A stretch of DNA of 64,000 nucleotides from Armatimonadota bacterium. GTDB lineage: Bacteria; Armatimonadota; SYMT01. A program made the translations under genes and the position numbers. Positions 1 to 9,244 of the stretch are shown here, piece by piece. A model generated the notes under the pieces. The model did no database searches. It was not told where the DNA came from and worked only from the letters and a program-made list of their open reading frames with translations. The stretch spans positions 1,280,001 through 1,344,000 of the forward strand of contig JAWLHY010000001.1 of NCBI GenBank assembly GCA_041690135.1, read 5' to 3'. How positions within the stretch are numbered: position 1 is the first letter of the stretch; each line of letters starts with the position of its first letter.

Positions 1-151
1 AGTCCAGTTCTTGCCCCACAGCGGCAAGGAGCGGGTCCACCAGATTCAATTGTCGGCCACTGCAGCGGGGACCCCTCGCGTGTCAACGGCCTCGCCTACG
101 GGTAAGGGGATGCCGGGCGCGAAGTCCTGAAATCAGCAAAGGGAGAGGGCG

Positions 152-1198
152 ATGCGGAGAGATCAGGGGGGGAACCGGCAAGCAGAGGACGGGCAGTCGC
201 CGCAAGAGTGGAACGTTGTCGAATTGGTGGTCCAGTCCGGTAAGGACATGTTCACGGACAATGCGCTTCAATGGGCCGCGGCAGTTGCCTACTACACGCT
301 GCTTTCCGTTTTCCCGCTGCTGCTCGCGGCGGTCTCCATCGCCGGCTTCTTCGTGGATCCGGACTGGGCGGTAGCGCGGACGACACAATTCCTGGGGGAG
401 TTCGTTCCCCAGGGTGAGCGCTGGATCGAGGATATGGTCCGCGGTTTGCTGGCGGCCCGCGGACCGGCCACTCTACTGTCGCTCGGAGCCCTGCTTTGGA
501 CGGGCAGCCGGGTGTTCGGGAGCCTGACGCGGGCGCTGAACATCGCCTTCGATGTGGACGAGACGTACAGCTTCGGCAAGCGGCTTCTGGTGGAGCTGGG
601 ATTCCTGCTGACCCTGGGACTTCTTTTCCCGCTGGCCCTTTCGTCCGGATTTCTGCTCAACCTGGCGCACCAGGCGTTGGGTATCCTCCCCGCCGGAAGA
701 GAGCAGTTGATGCAGGTACTGAGCGCGGCGGTGCCGGCCCTCCTGCTGCTGCTCACCTTCTTCTTCGTCTACCGGTTTGTCCCGCGCACCCGGCCGGACT
801 GGAAGGCGGCTCTGGGCGGTTCCGCCGTCGCCACCCTGTTGTTCCTGGTGGCCCGTCCCCTCTTCGCCTACTACGTCCAGGAGTTCGCCAGCTACAATCT
901 CATCTACGGGTCGCTCTCGATTGTTATTATCCTGTTGGTCTGGACCTGGCTCTCCGCGGTGATCGTGCTGTTTGGCGGCGAGATCGCCTCGCACATCCAG
1001 ATGATGTGGATCGAGGGTAAAGAACCCCGAGAAGTCGAGCGACGCCACGAGGCCCGCTCCCCGGAGCGCCGGGTCAGCGACCGGGCACGGTCGGCGGAAA
1101 CCGGCCTAGGCGAAGCTCCCCCGCCGTCCGCGCGCCGCCACACGCGACAGCGCCCCCGGATCTCCATCGCCCCGCGTCGCCGCCGTCGCGCCGGCTAG
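152..1198 (+). CDS. YihY/virulence factor BrkB family membrane protein
   Basis: AAAVAYYTLLSVFPLLL and YNLIYGSLSIVIILLVWTWLSAVIVLFGGE motifs; about 6 TM segments. Confidence 0.9.
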   Translation: MRRDQGGNRQAEDGQSPQEWNVVELVVQSGKDMFTDNALQWAAAVAYYTLLSVFPLLLAAVSIAGFFVDPDWAVARTTQFLGEFVPQGERWIEDMVRGLLAARGPATLLSLGALLWTGSRVFGSLTRALNIAFDVDETYSFGKRLLVELGFLLTLGLLFPLALSSGFLLNLAHQALGILPAGREQLMQVLSAAVPALLLLLTFFFVYRFVPRTRPDWKAALGGSAVATLLFLVARPLFAYYVQEFASYNLIYGSLSIVIILLVWTWLSAVIVLFGGEIASHIQMMWIEGKEPREVERRHEARSPERRVSDRARSAETGLGEAPPPSARRHTRQRPRISIAPRRRRRAG

Positions 1199-1210
1199 AA
1201 GCTAACTGAC

Positions 1211-1777
1211 CTAGCCGGTCAGCCGGTCTTCATCCTCGACCTCATCCTCATCCTCGCCGGTCTCCGGATCGAACTCTCCCAGCACGGCATCGGCCAGGTC
1301 ATCTTCGTTCAGCGTGGCGTCATGCAGGTCCGCTCCTATCAGAGCCGCGCTCTCCAGATCGGCGCCGCGCAGGTCGGCGTGGCGCAGGTCGGCATGATGG
1401 AGATCCGCCCCCACCAGGTCGGCTCCCTGAAGGTCTGCGCCCTCCAGGTTGGCATCGTGAAGATCCGCCTCCGCCAGGATCGCCTCGTGGAGGTTGGCGT
1501 GTTCCAGGTCCGCTCCGGCCAGCGTGCTCTCTTCCAGGTCCGCCCCCTCCAGGTTTGCGTCCCGCAGGATGGCGTTGTCCAGGACGGCCCCCGTGAGATC
1601 CGCCTCCGCCAGGTCTGCTCCGGTCAGGTCGGCGTCTTCGAGGTTGGCGCTCGCGAGGTGCGCGCCGTGAAGATCCGCGCCGCACAGGTCGGCGTGGCGC
1701 AGGTTAATCCCTTCTAGCGTCTCCGCCGTCACGGCACGCAACAGCAATCCGGTGTCCTTCTGCCTGATCTCGATCAT
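1211..1777 (-). CDS. Pentapeptide repeat protein with acidic C-terminal tail
   Basis: Many A(D/N)LxG/ADLxx pentapeptides; start reassigned to ATG 1777 (MIEIRQ), with GGAG SD upstream. Confidence 0.9.
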   Translation of the reverse strand: MIEIRQKDTGLLLRAVTAETLEGINLRHADLCGADLHGAHLASANLEDADLTGADLAEADLTGAVLDNAILRDANLEGADLEESTLAGADLEHANLHEAILAEADLHDANLEGADLQGADLVGADLHHADLRHADLRGADLESAALIGADLHDATLNEDDLADAVLGEFDPETGEDEDEVEDEDRLTG

Positions 1778-1922
1778 CTTCGTATCTCCCGGCGCCCCCG
1801 GGCCTACCGCGCGTGGGAGCCGACACGTGGATGGTTTCAACCCCGTGAAACCGAACTCTGAATTCACTACTACCGTCAGGATGCCCGTCCCCCGAGGGGT
1901 TGACGCGAAGAGGATGATTTGG

Positions 1923-2313
1923 ATGTAGCAGGGTTTGGAGACGGTCGACTGACCGGACTGAACCACGCTTACGGACCGGCTACCGGCGTTCCGGTGTTGC
2001 TGCGCGCTTGCCTCCGGAACGGATGGCGAACTGGAGGAGGCACTCCGGCAGGCATGGGGCATCCTCTGGCACCAGGGGACTGTTTTCGAGGCGAGCGCCG
2101 CCGCGGTGCCTTACCTTCTCGAGATGCTCACCCACCCGGAGGCGCCCGAGAAGGCGGAACTCGTGCTGCTCCTCCAGGTCCTGGCGACCGGTTGACCTCG
2201 GACCGAACACCGAACGCCGGAGGGGAACCCGACCCGCGAAGCGGTGCAAATGGAAGCGGCGAGAGGGCTCCGGCAATTCTCGGGCAACACGGGACCGGGT
2301 TGACACCGTATAA
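1923..2313 (+). pseudogene. Degraded HEAT-repeat-like protein of the DW..L.HAYG...HQGT type
   Basis: Joining frames gives M*QGLETVD(W)TGLNHAYGPATGVPVLLRA/ASGTDGELEEALRQAWGILWHQGTVFEASAAAVPYLLEMLTHPEAPEKAELVLLLQVLATG*. Stop at codon 2, frameshifts at ~1950 and ~2008, stop at 2193. Confidence 0.7.
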
Positions 2314-2385
2314 ATTCTCTGCACGGATCGCTCATCCGCCCACTAAGCCCCACCGGCAATAAGCTCGTTCGCACAAAGAATCTTG

Positions 2386-4329
2386 ATGTCCGAAACTCCC
2401 AAACGGCAGCGACCCCTCTGGCTTGGATTCGTTGGGGCTGTCACCGCAGGTGCTCTTGGGGTCGGCGGTTTTCTGCTCCTCTCAAAACAGCGGCCCGCAA
2501 ACCCGGTGCCCCGGCGCACGACCGCTCACGAAGATGCATCCGCGCGCGAGCAATCGCTGCGTTCCGCCGCCCAGGCCGCGCCGTCGGACCCGGAGGCGCA
2601 GCTTAGCCTCGTTCGGTTCCTGCTTCAGAGCCGGCGCGCCTATGAGGCTCTCGACGTCACGCGGGCCGCGCAGCGCTTATTCACAGAAAGCCTGCCCTTG
2701 CGCCTGGCCCACGCGGATCTCCTCGCCGCTACGGGGCGTCTGCCGGAAGCGGCAGCGGAGCTCGGGAAAGTTCGCGACGAGCCCGAGGCGGCCGTAGCTG
2801 CTGCGGGATACCTCCTTCGGGACGGCCAGCGCGAGGCGGCACTCCAGCGCCTTCGCACCCTCAAGGATCCGCGCCCGGAAACGGCTCTACTGGCGGCCCA
2901 AACAGCCCTGGATGCGGCGGCTCCGGAACTGGCGCTCGAGATCGTTGAGCCTGCGCTGGCCGTGCGACGTGACGATCTGGAACTTCGCACCACCGCGGGG
3001 CTGGCGCAGTTAGCTTTGGGCCGTTATCCCGAAGCGGTGAATACCCTCGAGCCTGCGGTGGAGAGGGCGCCCCAGGTTCCCGTCCTGCGATACTACCTGG
3101 GAAGCGCCCTGCGTCTTTCCGGGAACTTGAAACGCTTGAGTGAAGCAGAAGAGCATTTGCGGCGCGCCGTTGAGCTGGCTCCGCGAGAAGGGCTGTTCTT
3201 CTACGAACTGGCACTCGCTCGCGTCCAACTGCGTGCATGGCGGGAGGCTCGGGTCGCCATGGAGCGGTGCGTGGAGCTGATGCCGGAGCTTCCGGAGGCG
3301 CAGCGGGATCTCGCGCGGATCTACGAGCGTGTGAGCCCGCCGGACACGGTTGGTGCCGGACTGGCGCGAGCCCGGCATCGCCTCCTGCTTCAGGACCCCC
3401 GCGGCGCGGTAGCGGAATTGGAACCTCACCATCGCAAATCTCCGGGAGAGGCAAAGGTGGTGTTGCTCCTCGCCCTAGCGAGCCACCAGGCGGGAAATAC
3501 GGACCGCTCCGTCGTCCTGCTGACCCGCTTTCGGGAGCGCGACCCGGCAAACGCGGAAGTGGTCCGGGAGCTTCTTCGCGCGCAGCGCGCGGCGAAGAGT
3601 TACGAGGCGGCACTCCACACACTGGAAAAAGCCGCGCCGGATACGGGGGACACGGAGATCCTCAAGGAGAAGTCCGAGCTGCTACAGACGGTGCAGCGAT
3701 ACCCGGAAGCCGAGGCCGTGCTTGTCCGGCTCCGAGACAACGAGCCGGAGAACGCCACCCGGCACTTTGAGCTGGGTCTGTTTCTTACACTCTGGTCGCG
3801 CCGGACCGACCGTATGCAGGCGGCGGAAGCAGCGTTCCGCGAGGCCCTCCGCCTTCAGCCGGACTACGTCGGTCCCCACTACCGCCTGGGTCTCCTCTGT
3901 GAAAGCAGCGGGCGGCCCCAGGAAGCGGTGCGTCACCTGAGACGCGCCCACGAACTGGCACCCGAACTTTGGGAGGCGCTGCGCCCCCTGGGCCGGGCTT
4001 ATTCCCGCCTCGGGGATACCGAGCGCGCCAACGATTGCTTCGCTGTCTTTCGCCGGAACCAGACCCGCGATGAAGAGCGAAACCGCTTGGAGTTGCTGAA
4101 CACCCGGGGGAGAGCCACCCCCGCATCACGGCGGGAACTGATCCGGTTCTATCTCGCCACGGGAGCCGTGGGGCCGGCACTGCGGGAATTGGAGGCGTTG
4201 GTGCATTTCGATCCCACCGGGCGCCAATCTCGCGCGGAACTGGTGCGCTACTTCGGGCGCGCACGACGGTTCCAGCGACAGTTCGAAGAACGACTGGCGA
4301 GCCGATCGGCTGGGGAGCGCAAGCCATGA
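2386..4329 (+). CDS. Membrane-anchored tetratricopeptide repeat protein
   Basis: N-terminal TM, then many TPR-like helices (e.g. AEAAFREALRLQPDYVGPHYRLG); stop overlaps next start (ATGA). Confidence 0.85.
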   Translation: MSETPKRQRPLWLGFVGAVTAGALGVGGFLLLSKQRPANPVPRRTTAHEDASAREQSLRSAAQAAPSDPEAQLSLVRFLLQSRRAYEALDVTRAAQRLFTESLPLRLAHADLLAATGRLPEAAAELGKVRDEPEAAVAAAGYLLRDGQREAALQRLRTLKDPRPETALLAAQTALDAAAPELALEIVEPALAVRRDDLELRTTAGLAQLALGRYPEAVNTLEPAVERAPQVPVLRYYLGSALRLSGNLKRLSEAEEHLRRAVELAPREGLFFYELALARVQLRAWREARVAMERCVELMPELPEAQRDLARIYERVSPPDTVGAGLARARHRLLLQDPRGAVAELEPHHRKSPGEAKVVLLLALASHQAGNTDRSVVLLTRFRERDPANAEVVRELLRAQRAAKSYEAALHTLEKAAPDTGDTEILKEKSELLQTVQRYPEAEAVLVRLRDNEPENATRHFELGLFLTLWSRRTDRMQAAEAAFREALRLQPDYVGPHYRLGLLCESSGRPQEAVRHLRRAHELAPELWEALRPLGRAYSRLGDTERANDCFAVFRRNQTRDEERNRLELLNTRGRATPASRRELIRFYLATGAVGPALRELEALVHFDPTGRQSRAELVRYFGRARRFQRQFEERLASRSAGERKP

Positions 4330-6032
4330 CGCGGAAGTGTGTGCGTTTGCTCCTCCTGCTCCCTCTGACTGCAGCCTGGTCCGGTTGCAGGACCGCGCCC
4401 CGGAAGGTCGCTCCGACCTCGGGCGCCGCGGCAGTGTCTCCAACCGCTCCGATCCGGTTCGAAGACGTGACCGCCGCGGCGGGGATCCGTTTCACCCATT
4501 TCACCGGGGCCGACGGCCGGTATCTGCTGCCCGAGTCGATCGGGGGCGGTGGAGCTTTCCTCGATTATGACGCGGATGGTCACCTCGACCTGTTCCTGGT
4601 CAATGGAGCGAGTTGGCCGGACGGTCCAAAGCGACACACGCCTCCCGCCCTATATCGGAACCGCGGGGACGGGACTTTTGAAGAAGTTACGAAACAGGCC
4701 GGGTTGAACCACTCCCTTCCGGGCATGGGATGCGCGGTCGGCGATTTTGACAACGATGGTCACGACGACCTGCTCGTCACCTGCCTGGGCCCGAACCGCC
4801 TCTACCGGAACCTGGGAAACGGTCGCTTTCAAGATGTTACCGCGGGCAGCGGACTCGGGACGGTGCCGCGCTGGAGTTGGCACACCAGCGCGGCATGGAC
4901 GGATTACGACCGGGATGGGTTGCTGGACCTGTTTCTCTGCCGATACGTGTCCTGGTCGCCGGAAAAGGACGTGCCCTGCCGGAGCAAGACCGGGAAGCGG
5001 ACTTATTGCGGACCGGAGTTCTATCCTGGGGATCGGCCGGTTCTTTACCGGAACCTGGGTCGGGGACGGTTCGAAGACGTGAGTGCCCGCACGGGCATTG
5101 CCTCCGCCGTTGGGAAAGGCCTTGGAATCGTTCCCGTGGATGAAAATGAGGATGGCTGGGTCGACCTGGCGGTGGCCAACGACATGACGCCCAATTTCCT
5201 GTTTCGCAATGAGGCGGGAAAGCGATTCGTGGAGGTAGGGCAGGAATCGGGTCTCGCCGTGGGGGAGAGCGGCCGGCCGCGTGCCGGCATGGGGATCGAC
5301 ATCGCCGATACCCGGAACGACGGCCGTCTATCCGTAGCCATCGGCAACTTCGCCAACGAGGGGCTGGCGCTCTTTTCCCAGGAAGGTGGCCTCTATTCGG
5401 ACCAGGCGGGACCGGCGGGTCTGCTGCCGGAGAGCCTTTCTCGTCTGACCTTCGGTCTCATGTTCTTGGACGCGGACCGGGACGGTTGGCAGGACCTGTT
5501 TGCCTTCAACGGACACGTCAATCCGCTGGTGGCCGAAGAGGGTGAAGAAGGCGAAGGCGCCACCTATCGCCAGTCGCCCCTGCTCTTCCGGAACTCTCGG
5601 GGGCAGTATACGAACGTCAGTGCGACGGCCGGTCCGGCGATCCAACAGCCACAGGTGGGCCGGGGATGCGCGTGGGGGGACTTCGACAATAACGGTCACC
5701 CGGATCTGCTCCTCTGTGAGAACGGGGGGCCGGCGCGTCTGCTGCGCAACACTACGGACGATGCGCACCACTGGCTGGGTATCCAGTTACAGGGTCGAAG
5801 CAGCAATCGGAACGGCTACGGAGCGGAGGTCCGGCTGACCGCCGGAGGCGTCACACAGCGCCGTTGGGTGCGCAGTGGCGCCAGCTACCTTTCGCACAGC
5901 GATTCGCGTGCCCTGTTCGGCCTGGGACCCCAAGCCTCGGTGGATCGCCTGGAGGTCCGCTGGCCCTCGGGAAAGACGACCGTCCAGGAGGGCATAGCCG
6001 CCGACCGCTACCTTCAGGTTCGCGAGCCGTAA
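4326..6032 (+). CDS. CRTAC1-family / FG-GAP (VCBS) repeat + ASPIC-UnbV protein, probable lipoprotein
   Basis: DYDxDGxxDL repeats, LYRNxGxGxFEDV, C-terminal SYLSHSDSRALFGLG...LEVRWPSG; signal ending WSGC. Confidence 0.9.
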   Translation: MTRKCVRLLLLLPLTAAWSGCRTAPRKVAPTSGAAAVSPTAPIRFEDVTAAAGIRFTHFTGADGRYLLPESIGGGGAFLDYDADGHLDLFLVNGASWPDGPKRHTPPALYRNRGDGTFEEVTKQAGLNHSLPGMGCAVGDFDNDGHDDLLVTCLGPNRLYRNLGNGRFQDVTAGSGLGTVPRWSWHTSAAWTDYDRDGLLDLFLCRYVSWSPEKDVPCRSKTGKRTYCGPEFYPGDRPVLYRNLGRGRFEDVSARTGIASAVGKGLGIVPVDENEDGWVDLAVANDMTPNFLFRNEAGKRFVEVGQESGLAVGESGRPRAGMGIDIADTRNDGRLSVAIGNFANEGLALFSQEGGLYSDQAGPAGLLPESLSRLTFGLMFLDADRDGWQDLFAFNGHVNPLVAEEGEEGEGATYRQSPLLFRNSRGQYTNVSATAGPAIQQPQVGRGCAWGDFDNNGHPDLLLCENGGPARLLRNTTDDAHHWLGIQLQGRSSNRNGYGAEVRLTAGGVTQRRWVRSGASYLSHSDSRALFGLGPQASVDRLEVRWPSGKTTVQEGIAADRYLQVREP

Positions 6033-6067
6033 CTCACTTCATGTGGACCATTTCCGGATCATGAATT

Positions 6068-6103
6068 AAGGGAGCCGCAACCCATCCCGGTTGCGGCTCC
6101 CTT
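6068..6103. terminator. Hairpin between convergent genes, probable bidirectional terminator
   Basis: AAGGGAGCCGCAACC / GGTTGCGGCTCCCTT 15-bp perfect inverted repeat. Confidence 0.7.
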
Positions 6104-6127
6104 CTTCGTGACTACCCGACCTGGAAA

Positions 6128-6832
6128 TTAATTCAGGTCCCACATGTCCGTGGGGCCACCGATCTGCGGCGAGCCGGCGCGGATCCATACCGAGGACGGC
6201 TTCATTGCCTTGACGTGGCCGTCCAGGAAGGCAATGTTCGCCTGCCCGCTGTGGCGGGCTACCACCGTCTGCGGTCCGCAGCAAGTACCACCCGCCCCGG
6301 GGCTCTGGGCATAGTAGCGCAGTACATTTCCTCCGCCGATGTTCGCCGGGAAGTCCGCATCCGGGTTAGCTTCGTACTGGGCCCACGAAACTCCGGCGTT
6401 GTCGCCGCCGCGGTCCGCGAAGAGGATGGTTTCCGCCGGCTTCTGCACCTGCGCCATCGACTTGATGCCGCCGCTCGCCCAGCCGAACACCGAGTGGTGA
6501 TGGCCGTAGCCGGTGTTGATGCCGGACGACACATCATACCCGACGCTGCTGGGGCACTTCAGCACCTGGTAGTTCTTGATGTAGGGCTGAATGTGTTGGC
6601 CCCAGTACCCTCCGACGCAACTGGCTCCCATACACGACGAAATAATCATTTCGTCGTAGTCCTGGGAATACATGGTCGCTCCGGTGATGATCTGTTTCAG
6701 GTTACTCTTGCACGAGGTCGCGCGAGCAGCCTCGCGGGCGCGAGCAAAGACCGGGAAAAGGATGGCAGCCAGGATGGCGATAATGGCTATGACCACCAAG
6801 AGCTCAATCAGGGTAAACGCACGCTTCTTCAC
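6128..6832 (-). CDS. DUF1559 prepilin-type N-terminal cleavage/methylation protein with H-X9-DG motif
   Basis: [30 protein letters not shown]...SCKSNLKQI; [16 protein letters not shown]; GTG start with GAGGAG SD. Confidence 0.95.
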   Translation of the reverse strand: MKKRAFTLIELLVVIAIIAILAAILFPVFARAREAARATSCKSNLKQIITGATMYSQDYDEMIISSCMGASCVGGYWGQHIQPYIKNYQVLKCPSSVGYDVSSGINTGYGHHHSVFGWASGGIKSMAQVQKPAETILFADRGGDNAGVSWAQYEANPDADFPANIGGGNVLRYYAQSPGAGGTCCGPQTVVARHSGQANIAFLDGHVKAMKPSSVWIRAGSPQIGGPTDMWDLN

Positions 6833-7122
6833 GTACTACTCCTCGAAATGGGATTGCGAACGCCACTGTACCTTGCACTTCACTGATACTCCAGGGAGTG
6901 ACGTTCGTGAATGAACGACAGATACTGCAACCCAGAATTGGGCTCACTTGCGCCAGCATCCTCCCTCAAAATGCCGAAACCAGCTCGCCATCTGCAACTC
7001 CTCAAAATCGTCTCTATAAGAGAATATTTCCGCAAGGATCCACGCGGGTTGGATGGCACACTTCAAACAGTGTATGTGATTGGTAACTCACCAGTCTGCT
7101 GGGCGCAAGGTTAAAAAGAGCC

Positions 7123-7589
7123 GTGGAGGAACTGATCGAAGCCGGCGCCGACGTGAACACAGCGGTGGTCTACGACGATACGGTCGAGCCAAACCGGCCC
7201 CGGACTCTGGAAGAGCGGATGCGAGCCCGGCCGCAGGTACCTCTGTGGCTGGCCGCGGGGCAACTCGACACGCTGCAGGACGCCCCTCCCCTGTTCGCGG
7301 CGGCCCGCCTCGGGCACGCGGAAGTGTCCGGGTGCTTGCCCGCGCTGGTGCGGACCTTGAAGCGCGGAAGAGCCCGCGGTCGCTCACGCCGTTGATGTTG
7401 GCCGTGCGCTATGGCCATGTCGCAGCGGCAGAGGCGCTGATCCGGGCTGGAGCGGACGTCAACGCCACCCTCGACGTCAGCACTTACCGCCAGCCCGACC
7501 GGACCGCCCTCTCCATCGCGCGGGTGCGCAACGACCCGGATCTGATCCGGCTGTTGGAAGAGGTCGGCGCGGTGGATCCCGCACCCTGA
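7123..7589 (+). pseudogene. Ankyrin repeat protein split by a frameshift at ~7326
   Basis: Frame 1 ...PPLFAAARLGHAEV joins frame 2 VRVLARAGADLEARKSPRSLTPLMLAVRYGH...; one base missing at GAAGTG^TCCGGGTG. 5' end also appears truncated; could be a sequencing indel. Confidence 0.7.
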
Positions 7590-7604
7590 CGTGGTTTTTT
7601 GACT

Positions 7605-8816
7605 ATGCGTAAGAGAACGATCAAAGCACCACCGGATCTCCGTGCCCCCGACGCACTGGAGAGGGTCCGGCAGTTCCTCCAGGGCGAGCCTGACCGGGAA
7701 GCCCTCGGTGAGGCGCTCCAGGCCGCCGCCGAAGCGGGACACCTGGAGACGGTGCGCCTCCTGCTCCGGGCGGGTGCTACGCCGCGGGGCGTGACGGAGC
7801 TCTCTCCGCTGGGCGCCGCTGCGGCCGGCGGTCACACGGAAGTTGCCGCGGCCTTGCTGGAGGCGGGGGCCCCGGTCGATATCGGTTTCGGGGAACAGGC
7901 ACTGACCCCGCTGATGCTTGCGGCCGGGCATGGGCACCTGCTCCTCGTGCGGCTCCTCATTGCCGCCGGAGCGGTCGTCGATGCCGTGGACGTCCGGGGC
8001 CGAACCGCATTGGCACATGCCAGCAACGGCCACTACGCGGAAATCGTGGAGTACCTCCAGCCTCTCACCGCCCCGGAGAACCGTCGCCTGCCGCGCCCCA
8101 AAGTGGACGATGCCCGCACCCGCCAGTTCCTCCTGGCTGCGGAAGCGGGGCGGCTGGGCGAGATACGGAAGCTCCTGGCGACCGGGATCGCCGTGGACGT
8201 GATGATGGACACTCCCCTCGCGGGCGCTACCGCGCTGATCCGGGCCGCCCGAGCCGGCCGGGAGCGGGTAGTGCAGGTCCTGCTGGAAGGCGGAGCTACC
8301 GTCGATGTGGCGCACGAGGAGAACGAATGGACCCCGCTGATCGCGGCCACCCAGGCGAAGGGCAACCTGCCGGTCCTGCGTCTCTTGCTTGCGTCCGGAG
8401 CGCAGGTGGATGCGCGAGACGCGGAAGGACACACTCCCCTGATCCACGCCGCCGCGCACAAGCATTTGGAGCAGGTCGAGGCGCTCCTGACGGCCGGGGC
8501 CGACGTGAACGCCCGGAGTAGCGGCGGAATGACGGCCCTCATGCACGCCGCCCGCACCGACCGTTGGGCCGGCACCCCGGCCGCCCTGGCGACCACCCTT
8601 CGAGTACTCCTGGCGGCTGGGGCCGAGGTGGAGGCTCAGGATGCCCGGGGCCGGACCGCCCTGATGCACTCTGTAGAAACCGGAGACCGTCCCGACGTGG
8701 TGGTGCTCTTGCTGGAAGCCGGCGCCGAGCGCAGCATGCAGGAAGAGCAGGGACTGACGGCCGCGGATCTGGCCCGGAAGTACCACCGCCCGAAAGCGCT
8801 GGCGCTTTTAGTGTAG
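7605..8816 (+). CDS. Ankyrin repeat protein (~10 repeats)
   Basis: Repeated TPLMLAAGHGH / TALMHAA / GADVNAR motifs. Confidence 0.92.
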   Translation: MRKRTIKAPPDLRAPDALERVRQFLQGEPDREALGEALQAAAEAGHLETVRLLLRAGATPRGVTELSPLGAAAAGGHTEVAAALLEAGAPVDIGFGEQALTPLMLAAGHGHLLLVRLLIAAGAVVDAVDVRGRTALAHASNGHYAEIVEYLQPLTAPENRRLPRPKVDDARTRQFLLAAEAGRLGEIRKLLATGIAVDVMMDTPLAGATALIRAARAGRERVVQVLLEGGATVDVAHEENEWTPLIAATQAKGNLPVLRLLLASGAQVDARDAEGHTPLIHAAAHKHLEQVEALLTAGADVNARSSGGMTALMHAARTDRWAGTPAALATTLRVLLAAGAEVEAQDARGRTALMHSVETGDRPDVVVLLLEAGAERSMQEEQGLTAADLARKYHRPKALALLV

Positions 8817-8839
8817 AGCCGGCGAGGGACTGACAAACC

Positions 8840-9205
8840 ATGGAGTTGATCGAAGCAGTGCAAGCGGGTGATACCACCCGCGCTGGCGAACTCCTGGAAC
8901 TCGGGGTCGACACGGATGACGCAAGCCGAGCGCTCCCGCTCGCAGTGAGCCGGGGACATTTGCCGATCGTAGGTGAGTTGCTCCAGGCCGGCGCCGACCC
9001 CGAGCTGCCCTCGAATGAGGGGATACTCGCCATCGCGGCGGCAGGAACTCTTCAGGCTCAACTGGTGCTGGACTATAGCACCCCCGGCGAGCCGCGGGTA
9101 CTGCGCGCGACGCACGAAGAAGAGGGAGAATTGGTGGCAATCGACGGGGTCGAGTCGTTCGATGACCTGCTGCAGGTGATGCGGAAGCCACTCCGCCGGA
9201 GATGA
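8840..9205 (+). CDS. Short ankyrin protein fused to an SMI1/KNR4(SUKH)-like C-terminal half
   Basis: ALPLAVSRGHLPIVGELLQAGADP followed by LVLDYSTPGEPRVLRATHEE...VESFDDLL. Confidence 0.6.
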   Translation: MELIEAVQAGDTTRAGELLELGVDTDDASRALPLAVSRGHLPIVGELLQAGADPELPSNEGILAIAAAGTLQAQLVLDYSTPGEPRVLRATHEEEGELVAIDGVESFDDLLQVMRKPLRRR

Positions 9206-9244
9206 ACTCCGCATGTTCGTCTGGTATCATCCTCCTGCAAGCCG

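Noticed and set aside
7170-8786. 538-aa minus-strand ORF
   Set aside because: Antisense shadow of the ankyrin genes, typical of high-GC DNA; no motifs
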